Positions 25,984 to 38,520 of a stretch of 64,000 nt of DNA are shown one piece after another. Numbering within the stretch: position 1 is the first letter of the stretch; every line of letters starts with the position of its first letter. The DNA lies in contig CM059431.1 of NCBI GenBank assembly GCA_030390025.1, positions 129,520,001 through 129,584,000 of the forward strand, written 5' to 3'. The notes beneath the pieces were generated by a model. That model was given only the letters and a program-made list of their open reading frames with translations, did no database searches and was not told the origin of the DNA. The translations under genes and the position numbers were made by a program. The DNA comes from Squalus acanthias. Taxonomy: Eukaryota.

Positions 25984-27368
25984 ATGGAGGATGTACTGGC
26001 AGTCCTCCTCGCACTCGAGTATCTTCGGGAGAGGGAGCAGAGGCAGCGAAGAAGAGGAGAAGATACACGTAGAGGGAGGAGGAGAAGGAGGAGAGACAGG
26101 AGGGCTCCCAACAGAAGGCCTTACCCACCTCGGGTCTTCCGAGAGCACTTTTCTTATATCCACTTAAGCGAGGGAGCCCCGCTTCACCAAGGAGGTGGTC
26201 ACAGAACTCTGACACCTCCTACAACCAGACCTGCAGCATCAGAGCAGGTAAAAACACGGCTCTCTCAGTGGCAGTCAAGGTCACCGTGGCCCTCAATTTC
26301 TTCACCAGCGGATCCTTCCAGTCTGCAGCAGGAGACATAGCTAACATCTCACAGTTCGCCGTCCATTGCTGCATCCAGGAGGTTACTGAGGCTAACTACA
26401 CCAGGAGAAGGGATTACGTTGTCTTCTCTCTGAGCAGAGAGAAGCAGGACTACATAGGATATACAGCACAGAAACAGGTCATTCGGCCCAACCAGTCTAC
26501 GCTGGCGTTTATGCTCCACTCGAGCCTCCTCCCATCTTTCCTCATCTAAATCTATCAGCGTAACCCTCTGTTCCCTTCTTCCTCATATGTTTGTCCAGTC
26601 TCCCCTTAAATGCATCTATACTATTCGCTTCAATCACTCCCTGTGGTAGCGAGTTCCACATTCTCACCACTCTTTGGGTAAAGATGTTTCACGAGCGTGC
26701 ATGTGGCTTTGCCAAGGTAGCAAGCTTCCCCATTGTACAGGGCATCATCGACTGCACCCACGTGGCTTTGTGGGCGCTGTATAACAATCCTGATATCTTC
26801 CATAACTGCAAAGGCTACCACTCTCTTAATGTACGGTTGGTGTGCAACCACGCCCAGCACTTCCTGATGGTCAGTGCCCGCTATCCTGGCAGCAGCCATG
26901 ATGTCTTCATCCTGTGTCAGTTCGGTGTGCCAGCAATCTTCCAGCCACCACAGCAAACTCGAGAGTGATTGCTCAAAGACAAGGGTTATCCGCTCTCCAC
27001 CTGGATCATGATTCCCCTCCACAACCCCAACACTTGTGCCCAGCACTCATAACGAGAGCCATGTTTCCACCAGGAACATCATTAGGTAGACCATCAGGCT
27101 ACTGAAGCAATGGTTCCGCTACCTTGACCGCTCAGGAGGAGCCCTCCAGTACACGTGAGTGTCCCATTTCGTGGTGGTCTGCTGCTTGCTTCACAACTTG
27201 GCCATCATGAGGGCACAACTCTTGGCAGCAAAGATTGCGGGACCACCTCAGGAGGAGGATGAGGGAGAGGAGGAGGAGGAAGAGGAAGAGGACAAGGAGG
27301 GAGGGAGGAGGCAGGCAGCCAATCCCCCTTCTGGACTAGCTGTCCATGAACACCTCATCAGACTCTGA
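25984..27368 (+). pseudogene. Harbinger transposase, frameshifted and interrupted by a CR1 tail
   Basis: RRPYPPRVFRE, FFTSGSFQ, FPIVQGIIDCTHV, ARYPGSSHD, DKGY, CCLLHNLA, acidic C-terminus. Confidence 0.9.
26450..26688 (-). mobile_element. Short CR1 3' tail inside the Harbinger transposase
   Basis: Reverse complement reads FTQRVVRMWNSLPQGVIEA followed by the CR1 3' hairpin. Confidence 0.8.
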
Positions 27369-27559
27369 TTCCAATGAATGAAACCCCAGATCTCCGTTGC
27401 TCACCACATCCCCATCATACCATCCTTCTGGCATGGAATGTCACAGCATCCTCCTGGACACAAAGATGAAATGAGAGCCACCACAAAAGATTCTAATCAA
27501 AATTAATAAATTTAGCAAAAATCAATTCACATATATTTACAGTAACAATATGAACTAAT

Positions 27560-29523
27560 CATATTTGTGCAACGCCATAGTGCCTGTCGTTTGGGAGCCC
27601 TTTCCTGTCCTAGTGCTCTAACGAAGTGCTCCCCCAGTGGCTGCAGCATGGCTGGTGGAAGGCTGCTGAATTTCCATGGAGTAGACTTCAGATGGCCTTG
27701 CATGATGACCTCAAGCAGCTCTGGTCCTTGAAGGCCCGGCTGCAGACTGCACCACCTCAGCATGGGCAGCAGCAGTCTGGGCTGGCTGGCTGACAAGCAG
27801 CGGCAAGGGTAATGGCAGAGTGGCAGTGGTGGGAACAGGAATACTGTCATCTTGAGAGAGCACAGCAGGGTCCTGCTCCACTGACCCACTGCTACTCCCC
27901 CAGGATGGGTCCTCAGCATTCCTAGCAATCTGTTGGAGCACAAATTGCTGGGCTGCTGCAAAACCCTGCAAGCCCCAGTCGACAGTGCTAAACACAGCGG
28001 CGATGGCAGCAGTCAGAGCTTGGGCAGCATCAAGCGGTCTGTGCTTCCACTGCAGCACTAAAACAGTGGGTCGCTTCCGCCTGTGCTGCAATGGCAGCCG
28101 TGACATCGCCCATCACACGCACCAACACGTATGGGTCAACACAGTCTCTTCGGGAGCTTTCCATCATTTCGAGGCTGGAAATCCTGGGCTCCAAGCTTTG
28201 CGCAGTGCCCTGTCCAATGCTGGAGTGGGACTCCTCCATGCTCCTTGACATTGCCAAGAGGCTCTCTGGCAGGCTTGCCATTGCACCTAGCAATTCGGTG
28301 TGCATGCCCATCACCCTTCTTCTGAAGGCCGCCCCATCGAGGTCCTCATCTGAGTCGTGTGCAGCAGAACTTGCGCAGATCCCCGTGGCCTTGCTGCAAC
28401 CCACTCATGCCTGGTATCGCACCCTGTGCAGGTCCTGCTACTATACTAGCTTCTAAAATATATGCAGTGCCAGTTTCTGAGCTGGTGTCTGCAACTGACA
28501 GATGCAGTGACGCTGTGTCTCCTTCTTCTTTTTCTTCTTTTATCCCCTCACTCTCATGCATCGCTTCAGGGACACGCTGCTCAGGTGCTTGTTGCTGACT
28601 TTCTGAAAGCAGAAAGGCACAAGAGTCGGGTTATGGTGAGGGGAGGGGGAGGGAAGCAAGATATGCATGCATACAGCATCAGCAGCTTGAAAGTGAGAAG
28701 AGATTGTGGGATGGGGGGTGGGGGTGGGGGGGAAGTGAGATGTGAGAAGGATTAGGAATGAGCATAACGTTGTTGTCCCCAAGGGGTTCAACCTCGCCAG
28801 TTGCCACGGCCTCTACGATCTGCCGCCCAATTATGTTCAGCACTCTCTCCTCCAGCTGGCTGAGGTCGTGGATATCAGCCTGCCCCCCATCCCCTGCCTG
28901 TCTGCCATTGCTCCCTCTGGTTATATGCGGCTTGGCCTGCAAGAGAAAGAGAAGTGTGTGAGTGAGTGTGGTGCAATGTGTTTGGGTGATGTGCCTGCCA
29001 TAGTTGAATAGCTTTCAGTGTGTGCAAGCTGTGTGATGTGGGTGTGAGTGTTGCAGTAGTGGTAAGGTTGTGAGAGTGAAGTAAAGCTCTGATTGTAAGG
29101 TGTGAATGGTGATAGGTACAGATTATCGTTGGTGAGTGCTGGGGGATGTAGTGCATTGAGTAGTGTGAGAGGCTTGTGGTGCAGATGGTAGGATATGGCA
29201 TTTGCTGAAACCTTGACCTGCAGTGTGAGGTCATTAAACTTCTTGTGGCACTGGATGGCTGATCTTGGCACCACAGTGCTGGCCGACACATGGGCGGATA
29301 TCTCCTGCCACAGCCTTCGCGAGGTGTCTGGCGAGGGCTTCCTTCCAGTGTGTGGGAAGAGGACAACCCGCCTCCTTTTCACGACCACGAACAGTGCCTC
29401 AAGAGCCGTGTCAAAAATCTCCTGGCTCTCTCCCTTTGAGGATGCTTGGCAGTACCTTCTTCTTCTTTGTCTTCTTGCAGCTGTAGGTCTGAGTGGCTTG
29501 ACAATGAGGTGTTTTAGCATCAA
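27560..29523 (-). pseudogene. Harbinger Myb/SANT-like DNA-binding gene, about three exons (~29523-29212, ~28937-28770, ~28603-27560)
   Basis: FDTALEAL...LWQEISAHV...RSAIQCHKKFNDL; pyrimidine-rich acceptors TTTCTCTTGCAG and TTCTGCTTTCAG on the minus strand. Confidence 0.75.
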
Positions 29524-29784
29524 TGCACCTCCCTTTTAAGTACTGAATAAAGCCTGTGCCACATATGACTAGGAATTAAACTGGACCCAAAATTGGTCCA
29601 CCTGTTGCGTATTAAGCCAATGAGCAGCAGTTTTAGCTGACTATAATCATGTTAATGAGGAATGAGCACAAATTTTGCGTGCTACAGAGACCATTTTGAG
29701 GTGGTGCAGCTTAACATCGTTGGGCCTTAATACTGCCTGTTTCGTGGCCATATACAATTTCTAGGCCAGGCTTTTTAAAAACAG

Positions 29785-30687
29785 GGGGCTAAAAATTTGA
29801 GTACGTCACAAAAGCTGCCGAAGCCACTGTGACTAGGGTTTAACAGCCGCTGAAAATGGTGGTGCTGGTATGGCTGAAAAATTGATGCTGGGGACTAATG
29901 ATTATTAGCCCATGCGCTAAGCTCACTGTGTAACGCCCTCCTGGTGGCATTCATCCTGGCATCAAGCCCCAATGTGGCATCTACAAGCAGCATTGCAGCT
30001 TCCAACAGCCTCTGAAAGCGAGGTTGTGATTTCTCAAAGCATTGTGGGATCTTAAAATGGCAATGCATTTTAGTTTTCTTAAAAGGGCACAGCCTTCTGA
30101 AATGATCTGCCGAGTGAGGTTGCTAAATTTCTTCCTGCACTGTGTGTGGGTCCTGGGGACCACAGTGCTGCCCAAGACCTGCTGCGCTACCTCTCCCCAC
30201 ATGGTGCGGAAAACTTACGGTGAGGGACTCCTGCCACTTGCCGGTTACAGCACCACCCTCCGTCTCTCCACAGCGAAGACCAACGCCTCCAATGCCTGAT
30301 CACAGAACTTGCGAGCTCTCTCCCTGGGCCGTTGATCTGCCATAATGACACCTCCTTCAGTGGCCCGGTTCCTTCTCCTGGGCCTTCTGATTCTTGCTGA
30401 GACAGCTGCAGAAGCAGCAATGCTGAGAATGAGGTTCTGCAGCATGATTGAACTGGAAAGAGCCTGTGGCAATGATGACTGGCGATTAGACTGCACTTGA
30501 AATTGCTTAGTGCTTTGAGTCTAATGCAACTGAGCTTGGTCATTAGCGCTTGATTTAGCTCTCCCATCCTTTCTTTGAGCGATGACACTGAATTTTGCAT
30601 GCAGTGAGATTCTTTAGCGCCTGGCGCTAAACCTCAAACTTTTCAGAAGTTAGCGCCCATTCCTGGGCGATAATGAATTTCGCCCCC
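29785..30687 (-). mobile_element. Short Harbinger derivative retaining Myb/SANT exon 1
   Basis: Termini GGGGCTAAAAATT / AATTTCGCCCCC flanked by CAG(G); peptides RERARKFCDQALEAL and WGEVAQQV...RTHTQCRKKFSNL. Confidence 0.75.
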
Positions 30688-30690
30688 CAG

Positions 30691-32907
30691 GTGTTTAACG
30701 ACACCCGTTACCGGCATAATATGGCGGAACAGCGGCAGCCGCTCTTCCACCAGCTGGTGGCGGGTTCTGTGGCGTCCGCTATTTTGCGAGAGCCAGCAGG
30801 GCTGCCAGTAAAAGCGTTGGCCCATGAAATGTAAATGGGGAGAGGGTGACGTAAGTTGGCGTGCGTGCAACACCGACATAACGTCACCTCAGCGGACTTG
30901 GACCTTAGTGCTGAGTTCAGCACTGTGCCCTAAGCTCGTCATGAAATCCCAGTGTGCAGCAGACTGACAGAGGCGCTGTCAGCACTTCTTGAATGGACAC
31001 ACATCTTTCAGGTAAGTTTGCATTTAAGCTTTTGGAATTTTTTTTAATTTTATTGAAGTAGTCACTTGCTGCAATACATGTTAAAAGTTTTTAAGTGTGC
31101 AGGGAGTGCTGCTGGACACATGGATGGTAAAGGAAGGCCTCTGAGAAGACAGAAAATGTTGCAAATGCTCAGCAGGTCAGACAACATCCGTGGAGAGAGA
31201 AACAGGGTTCATGTCTCAGGTCGAGATGCTGCCTGACCTGCTGAGTATTTCCAGCATTTTGCGCTTTTATTTCAGATTTACAGCATCCGCTCGCAGAGTG
31301 AAGAGGAAGATGCAAAAGAGTAAGATGCAGAAGAGGAAGACGCACAAGAGGAAGAAGCAGAAGAGGAGGAAACAGAAGGAAGGATGCAACCCAGACAGCC
31401 CCTTTCTGGCCGGGATATCCGGGATGGAATCATCCACCTGCAGTACCAGTCACCACAACCCTAATTCCCCTTTCCACATTTGTCCCACATCTTACCTTCC
31501 CTCTGTTACTGACCATCACAGCGTCCTCTTGGACACAATGCTAAAATAAAAGCCACCACAAAGCAAACTTTCCAATCCAACTTTATACATCTATTCGTCC
31601 AATATGACATCAAGAAATCAACTTATCACCCTTATGCGTTCTGTTAGTGACTGTCTTGTGTGTGCCTTTGCCTATCCTACTGATGTCACGCAGTGCTACC
31701 CCAGTGGCTGCAGCATGGCTGGTGGAAGGCTGCTGACTTTCAGTGGAGGACACTGCAAATGGCCTTGCTGGTCAACATTGAGGAGCTGGTGGCTGGGAGT
31801 GTGAAATCAAGTAACGGTGTTTCTTCTTCTTCTCCTTCTTCTTCATTCTCCTCTCCCTCTCCTTGGCCAACCACTGGCTGGGCAGGCTGCATTTCTTGGG
31901 TGTGTGAAATGAGGAAGGCACAAGGGTGGAGTTGTGGTGAGGGGAGGGCGGGAAAGCATGAGGTGCATGCCAGAAGGAGGATAACGTATGAGGATACCAA
32001 CATCTTGTATCCTTTCAGCCCCACCGCTGGCCAAGGGCTCAGCCATGCACCTGCCAAGAATGGCCTGCACCATCTCCTCCAAGGGGGTGAGGTGAGGCTA
32101 GGAATGGGAGATATGCCTCGTGATTGGTGCAGATTGTTGGAGGTGAGTGACTGGGGGTTCATGCATTGAGCAGTGTGAGAGGCTAGTGGTGCAGTTGGTA
32201 GGAGATGGCTTTTGAAGATGCATTCACTGACCTTGACCAGTGTTCTAAGGTCATGAAGCTTCTTTGAGCACTGGAGCCAGGAGGTGGAGGCAACACTGCT
32301 GGCAGTGATGACCTCGGTGATGTACTCCCACATCGTTCTTTCTGGAGGGCCTCCTGGCCCCTGTGGGTAGAGGACGTGTCTTGCAGTGTTAACCACTGCA
32401 CAAAGCTGTAGTGTTGCATGCGAGACCCTGGGTGCCCCTTCCCTGGCTTGCTGAAGCAGTTTTCCCATGTTTTGAGGTTAGCAAGGGAATTCAGCTTTAA
32501 CAGCTGAATAATCACATTTGGCATCTTCTTTTTAACGTTAATTTTTTGTATGAAAAGGCAGTAAGGGCTTAAAACTGTATTGTTTCACTTAATTTTAATT
32601 TGTATTAATTCAGAGTACATGGCCCCTTTAATTCCCAGGCCTTTTCATTGCCCACAATTCCTTGCAAGGTCCACAGCCTCACTTCCAGAGGCTGTGCGAA
32701 GCTCGAACACCACACCTGGGACAAGAACTTCGGGTCAGATGCCTCCACCAATGCCACCAGGACAGCATTGCACGAAAGGTTAGCGCTGTGCCATCAATTT
32801 CCAGCACCCCCAGATGAATTTTGCCCTGTTAGCGTTGCGGCCATTTTCAGCAGCCATTAACTCTAGTTGTCACCGGCAACTATACTGGCGAACACAAATT
32901 TCTCCCC
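30691..32907. mobile_element. Internally deleted Harbinger derivative with a Penelope-derived hairpin and Myb/SANT remnants
   Basis: Left subterminal sequence resembles 25490-25600; WLQCSKKLHDL on the minus strand; right terminus AAATTTCTCCCCC. Confidence 0.65.
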
Positions 32908-33029
32908 CATAGTTTCTCCAATCTTTTCTCTTTACTCAGAGCCCTGATGCTGGATGAGCCTCGAGGCCCTCCCCTGCATTGCCTCCAATGCTTGAATGCC
33001 TTTTTTGTTTCTTGGAGACCAGAGCTGGC

Positions 33030-33796
33030 CAAGAGGACACTGTGATGGTCAGTTACAGATGGAAGGTAAGGTGTGGGACTAATGATGAAAGGGGATTTGG
33101 GGCTGTGGTCACAGGGACCGCAGGCGGATGATTCCATCTCGGATATCCCGGCCACAAAGGGGCTGTCTGGGATGCATCCTTCCATATGCTTCCTCCTCTT
33201 CTGCTTCCTCCTCTTCTGCTCCCTCCTCTTCGGCTCCCTCCTCTTCTGCTTCCTCCTCTTCCCTCTGCAAGCGGATACTGTAAATGTGAAATGACAGCAT
33301 CTTGACCTGAGACATGAACTCTGTTTTTCTCTCTACGGATGTTACTTGGCCTGCTGAGTACTTGCAGCAGTTTCTGTCTTCTCAAAGGCCTTCATTTACT
33401 TTCTGAGCCATTGCAAGCATCCAGCAGCAGTCCCTCCACACTTAGAAAACATTTCACATCTATTGCAGCAAGCCACTACTTCAATAAAATCAAAAAAAAA
33501 ACAGTCCAAAAGCTTAAATACAAACTTACCTGTCAGCCTGCTTGCACGCCAGGTTAACGAATTCAGCGCTAGGGTCGAAGTTCACGTTTGAGACGTTAAG
33601 TCAGCGTTGCACATCCGATTGACATCGCAATGCCGCCATTTTGTTTAGGGTGGCCAGTTACCAGCAGTGCAAAGGTAGGGACCAAAATGGTGGCAGCCAC
33701 CGGACCCACAACCAGCTGGCAAAAGAGCAGTGGGCGGCATTTTAGCGCCATTTAATGGCACTACGGAGTAGCGCTAAAGTCACGAATTTCTAGCCC
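33030..33796 (-). mobile_element. Inverted partial copy of the 30.7-31.5 kb Harbinger derivative
   Basis: Terminus AATTTCTAGCCC; reverse complement aligns by eye to ~30700-31530 (both translate C[IN]PDSPF[VL]AGIS.MESS...PYLPSVTDHHSVLL). Confidence 0.75.
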
Positions 33797-35224
33797 TAGG
33801 TCTTTTCGGCCTTGAAATGAGGCATCTGAGAAGTAATCTTATACAAGTATATACAATTGTTAAGGGTATAGAACAAATTAACTCAGATATTGCTTTAAAT
33901 TAGACTGCAGGAGCAGAACTAGGGGTCACAGGTTTAAACTAAGAAAAGTACTTTTAGAACAGATATTAAAAAAACGGCAGTGATCAATGTGTGGGTGTTA
34001 GAGTTTCCATTCTGCTCCTGTGATTCTACAATCACGAGTGCACTGCAATAACCTCTCACCTCATAACCAAGCAGAAACTGTACAAATAGTAACAATAAAG
34101 CTTGAACAGCAGAAAAAAACAAAAATCAATAAATAAAACGTTTTTGGGAATAAATTTCCATGGGGGTTCTCCGATCGTCCGCTGTAACTTATGCATTAAA
34201 TCCGGAGAAACGGTGGAAAAATGGCATCAACGGTATTCATTCACACTGTTTATCTGGCGCTTCTGCGTATCTTGTGGCAAATGATCGGGAGAACCCTGGC
34301 AGAAATGAATGCTGTGTGTCTTTTTCAGCCATTAAGCCGTTTAAATAAAGCCCAAGGTTTAGGTTGAGGTTTTTTGTGCCCATCAGGGAATTTGATGCTT
34401 GCGCTGCAGCAGAAGGGATGTTTATGAGGTGCTTTGACATCAAGCTCAGATCTTGAGGCCAGAGTCAGGCAGGCAGGACCAGACTCTGATGAATGACTGC
34501 CCGTTCACGGTTTTTGTCATTGGATATTTGCTCATCGGGAAAAGTCTCCCTAACACAATGCTACACCAATGACAGCTTCAGCATCAATTATAAATCCATT
34601 GTTGGAAGTAAGGAGAGAAAGAAACTCTATCTCTTTAAAATCATCAAAATAACTGAGAAAAAACATTTTGGTCAGGAAGGATGGAAAAATAAACAAATAA
34701 ACAAAATACTTGCAACCAATATTCCGTCTAATTGTTATTTGTACTGGGCCGACCACAAACTCCTCTGAGTGCGACTTTTTTGTTTATGGGCAGTTTACAT
34801 TTTACAACAACAGCAACCACTACAACCACTTCAAGCATATATACAACAATGCAAGTAAATAAGGTTGACATTTATTCAACATGACTTACAGTTACATTGC
34901 TTGAAATTTCTCCCGTCTGTCTTTCTCAGTTTTCCAGTGATGGAAAATTCTGTCAAGGTTATCTTCATTTGCTGTGAGGTAGGATTTTTTCCTCATAAGA
35001 TGGTCCAGATGGGTAACTTCCAGTCTGTTGCGAGACTTGGTTTTAATCTGATACATTAAACTGAAGCCATGCTCGCAATCAGCACTGGAGGCTTGAAAGG
35101 TGCCACATATATCAACCAACATAGCCAAGTCTGTAAACTGCTCTTCTTTCAGGGTGTAAGTTACCATGTCAGCAAATGTACTAATTGCACCTTCTTTCAG
35201 TTTTTCCACAACAATAGACATATT

Positions 35225-35969
35225 GGGCTGGAAATTACAGTCAAAGGCTTGCCGCCCGCATACGCCTCTGAACCGCAAGAAAACTCCATACTTAGCTGAT
35301 GGCTGCGGAGCTTCGGACTCTTGCGGTTCTGGGCCTGCAGGCGTACGCCTGCGTAAAGGCCCACACATCCCAGGGGCACATGCGGTTCACAAGCGTCCCT
35401 GGGATCACGTGGGCCAGGCCAACCAATGACAAAGGATTCCATTTACTTACGGAATCCCCATAGCATAATAGGAATCACCAAAAAAATACAATTTCACAAC
35501 ACTGAAATAAAAATAAATGAACACAGGTTCAAAATTAATTAAAATACCATTTAATTAAACATTTAAAATAAAAATTAAATTTTTTGAAAAATAAATGTAA
35601 ACATTTTTAACCGGGACAAAATTTACCTAAACTAATTTTAAAATAAGTGAATATTTAATCATTTAAAAAAATTTATTTTAACATTTATTTAAACCCTTAC
35701 GCTGGTAAAAGAAGGCCTTACTTCTGCTTTTACCAGGCGTAAGGGTTTGGTGGGTATTCACTGGGCAGTAGTTGGGCAAATAACCCAAACCTGCGCCAGC
35801 GAAAGTCAATTTCCAGCAGATGGGTACGATCTGTCAAGGAGAAACTTGACAGAGCGCAAGTTCCATGTTTTCGCGCATGCACATTGCATGCAGAAACCCG
35901 GAACTTGCGGGGCACTTACGATGGCGTACACTGTGCATACGCCATCATAGGCCCCATAAAATCCAGGCC
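35225..35969. mobile_element. Harbinger-like MITE inserted into the hAT transposase
   Basis: Termini GGGCTGGAAATT / AAAATCCAGGCC, AT-rich core; interrupts ...KQYTDY | NMSIVVEKLK... Confidence 0.7.
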
Positions 35970-37705
35970 ATAGTCTGTGTACTGCTTGCCGATGTGATCG
36001 GTTATTGATCCATCAGTTTGCACTGGTAGATTTAAGACTGCTTTGTACTTGTGAACGAGTTTACTTACATTTTCTGTGCCGTAATCAAATTTGGCTGAAA
36101 CCAGTGCTTCGATGTCGAATGCGGACCACTCTTGCAGCTCATTCTCTGGAAATCGAGCATCTAAATGTTCACATCGTCTTGTAATGAAACAGAGAATACC
36201 TGTATTGGCGAGAGATGCCATTTCTTGTTTCACTTTCTCACTCCAGTGAGTTTTTTCTCTGAGGTACTGGGCGCGCATTTTTTCAATTTTGGCCTTTGTC
36301 ACTTCAATGACACTGAGACTACTTCTTTGAAAAATGTGGCACAGTTCAGACAATTTCCACGAATCGTCATCTAGCACAGTCAGTGCAATACGATGCTGCA
36401 GATCTGTTAGCTTTTGAGACAGTACTTCGCTATAGGATCATTATCATTGGCTTCCACCTTGCAGTAGTGTACTTGTACATCGTAATTTCTCAGAAGGGCA
36501 TTTACAGCAAATTTACATGATTATCAGCGCATTTCATTCAAAGGCCTGAATGATAATGCATCAACTTCCAAAAGGCTGGCTAACTCCTCAAACTTAGCTT
36601 TCTTAACAGATGATCTGCTAAATATTGCACATACAGTTCGTACTAATGTCTCCACTTCTTTCATCATCGGCACATCTTTCCAAGCATCATCAATTCCCAG
36701 ATCTTCTCTGTGGGCAACACAATGTTGTTCTAGTAAGTGCAGCATGCACTCTCTAAGCTGGGCAGCTACACTGTTATGCCTATCTAGCATGACAGTTGCA
36801 CCATCTGAAGTCAGCATCACCATTCTCTGTAGATCCAGATTGTGATCCATGTAGAATTGCTTGATAGCATCAGTAATGCTCCAAGCATCACATGAAATAA
36901 AGTCAATCTTGTGCTGCATTAACATGACCACGGTATAATATTACATGCACTTAACTGGATAATGGCAAGAAATACAGCCTTGTGGCTGGCATTTTTCCGT
37001 TCTCGAAACTTGATGTACAGAATTAACATTTTATGCACAACATTGTCGGTGCTTTCGTCAACTATCAGCGTACGAACTCAGGAATTGCGTACAGCTGCCA
37101 TTACCTCGTTTTGCATTACAGCGTACAAATTCAAAGGCATAGTTCTTGCTTCTCCAGCTGGTAGGAACATTAACATATTTCGTTACGTATTCGTTAATTT
37201 TCTGCACCGACAACATGGATGTGTATATGTTCATAGCAAGGAACACATTGTCAATCAGAATTTTTATTTCATCCGGATGTGCTTGCTGACATTCCCCCAT
37301 TTCAATGCGCTTCTGTCAGTTTTCAGCAGACTCTGTAAATAAACGTTGAATTCCAATGCCATGTTTCTGGTCATGTAAACTTTTAACTGCCTCAATATGA
37401 ACTTTTTGAACTAAGTGGTGTTTCAGATAGTCCAGTTTCCATTCAGTCCATCTTTTACCACTTGTAAATTCTCCATTAACTTTGGCATCAGACAACCCCG
37501 GCACTCACTGAATACTGAAAAATGTCTCCCAGTTTCAAAAGGCCCCTACCAGAGACATCGGTTGTTTCAGTTTCCACAACTTCCAAAAACCAATCTTCTT
37601 TAAATGCTGAAGAGTATTTTTTCTGAGACACTGTTAGTGCCTGGGCTCCTGCCTTTCACTTGGACATGATACTTACCTAGGCTAAAACGCTAACACAGTG
37701 GAACT

Positions 37706-37875
37706 CTCAGCCTCACCCTTTTCAGTGCTCTGCTCTGGGCCTCGGCCTTTTCAATGCTCCACTCTGGGCCTCGGCCTTTTCAATGCTCCACTCTGGGCCT
37801 CAGCCTTTTCAGTGCTCCATTCTGGGCCTCGGCCTTTTTAATGCTCCACTCTGGGCCTTACTCTTTTCAATGCTT
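37706..37875. repeat. ~29-bp tandem repeat, about 5 copies
   Basis: CTCGGCCTTTTCAATGCTCCACTCTGGGC units. Confidence 0.85.
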
Positions 37876-37879
37876 CAAT

Positions 37880-38520
37880 GTCATCCTCGATCTCCGTTCC
37901 CGCTCCGATGTCATTCTTGATCTCCTTCCCACTCTGATGTCGTCCTCAATCTCCCTGCCCCCTCCAATGCCATCCTCGATCTCCCTGTCCGCTCCAATGC
38001 CATCCTCGATCTCCCTGTCCGCTCCAATGCCATCCTCGATCTCCCTGCCCCCTCCAATGCCATCCTCGATCTCCCTGTCTGCTCCAATGCCATCCTCGAT
38101 CTCCCTGTCCGCTCCAATGCCATCCACGATCTCCCTGTCCGCTCCAATGCCATCCTCGATCTCCCTGTCCGCTCCAATGCCATCCTCGATCTCCCTGTCC
38201 GCTCCAATGCCATCCTCGATCTCCCTGTCCGCTCCAATGCCATCCTCGATCTCCCTGTCCGCTCCAATGCCATCCTCGATCTCCCTGCCCCCTCCAATGC
38301 CATCCTCGATCTCCCTGCCCCCTCCAATGCCATCCTCGATCTCCCTGCCCCCTCCAATGCCATCCTCGATCTCCGTTCCCCCTCCAATGCCATCCTCGAT
38401 CTCCCTGCCCCCTCCAATGCCATCCTCGATCTCCCTGCCCACTCTGATGCCATCCTCGATCTCCCTGTCCGCTCCAATGTCATTTGTCGTCCTCGATCTC
38501 TTTCCCGCTCCGATGTCGTA
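37880..38520. repeat. 30-bp minisatellite, about 17 near-perfect copies plus degenerate flanks
   Basis: CCATCCTCGATCTCCCTG(TCCG/CCCC)CTCCAATG units. Confidence 0.95.

Larger units (their letters stand above)
25479..29767. mobile_element. Full-length degenerate PIF/Harbinger transposon (transposase +, spliced Myb/SANT gene -)
   Basis: Perfect TIRs GGCCTAGAAATT / AATTTCTAGGCC, TSD AGG, two convergent genes. Confidence 0.9.

Noticed and set aside
15999..27368. Domesticated HARBI1 or NAIF1 host genes
   Set aside because: Multiple copies with stops and frameshifts, some within TIRs, so these are transposon remnants.
34892..37504. ZNF862-like host gene
   Set aside because: Fragmented, interrupted by a MITE and bounded by TIRs with an 8-bp TSD.
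37880..38520. CRISPR-like regular array
   Set aside because: Head-to-tail units with no unique spacers, no cas genes, and a eukaryotic context.
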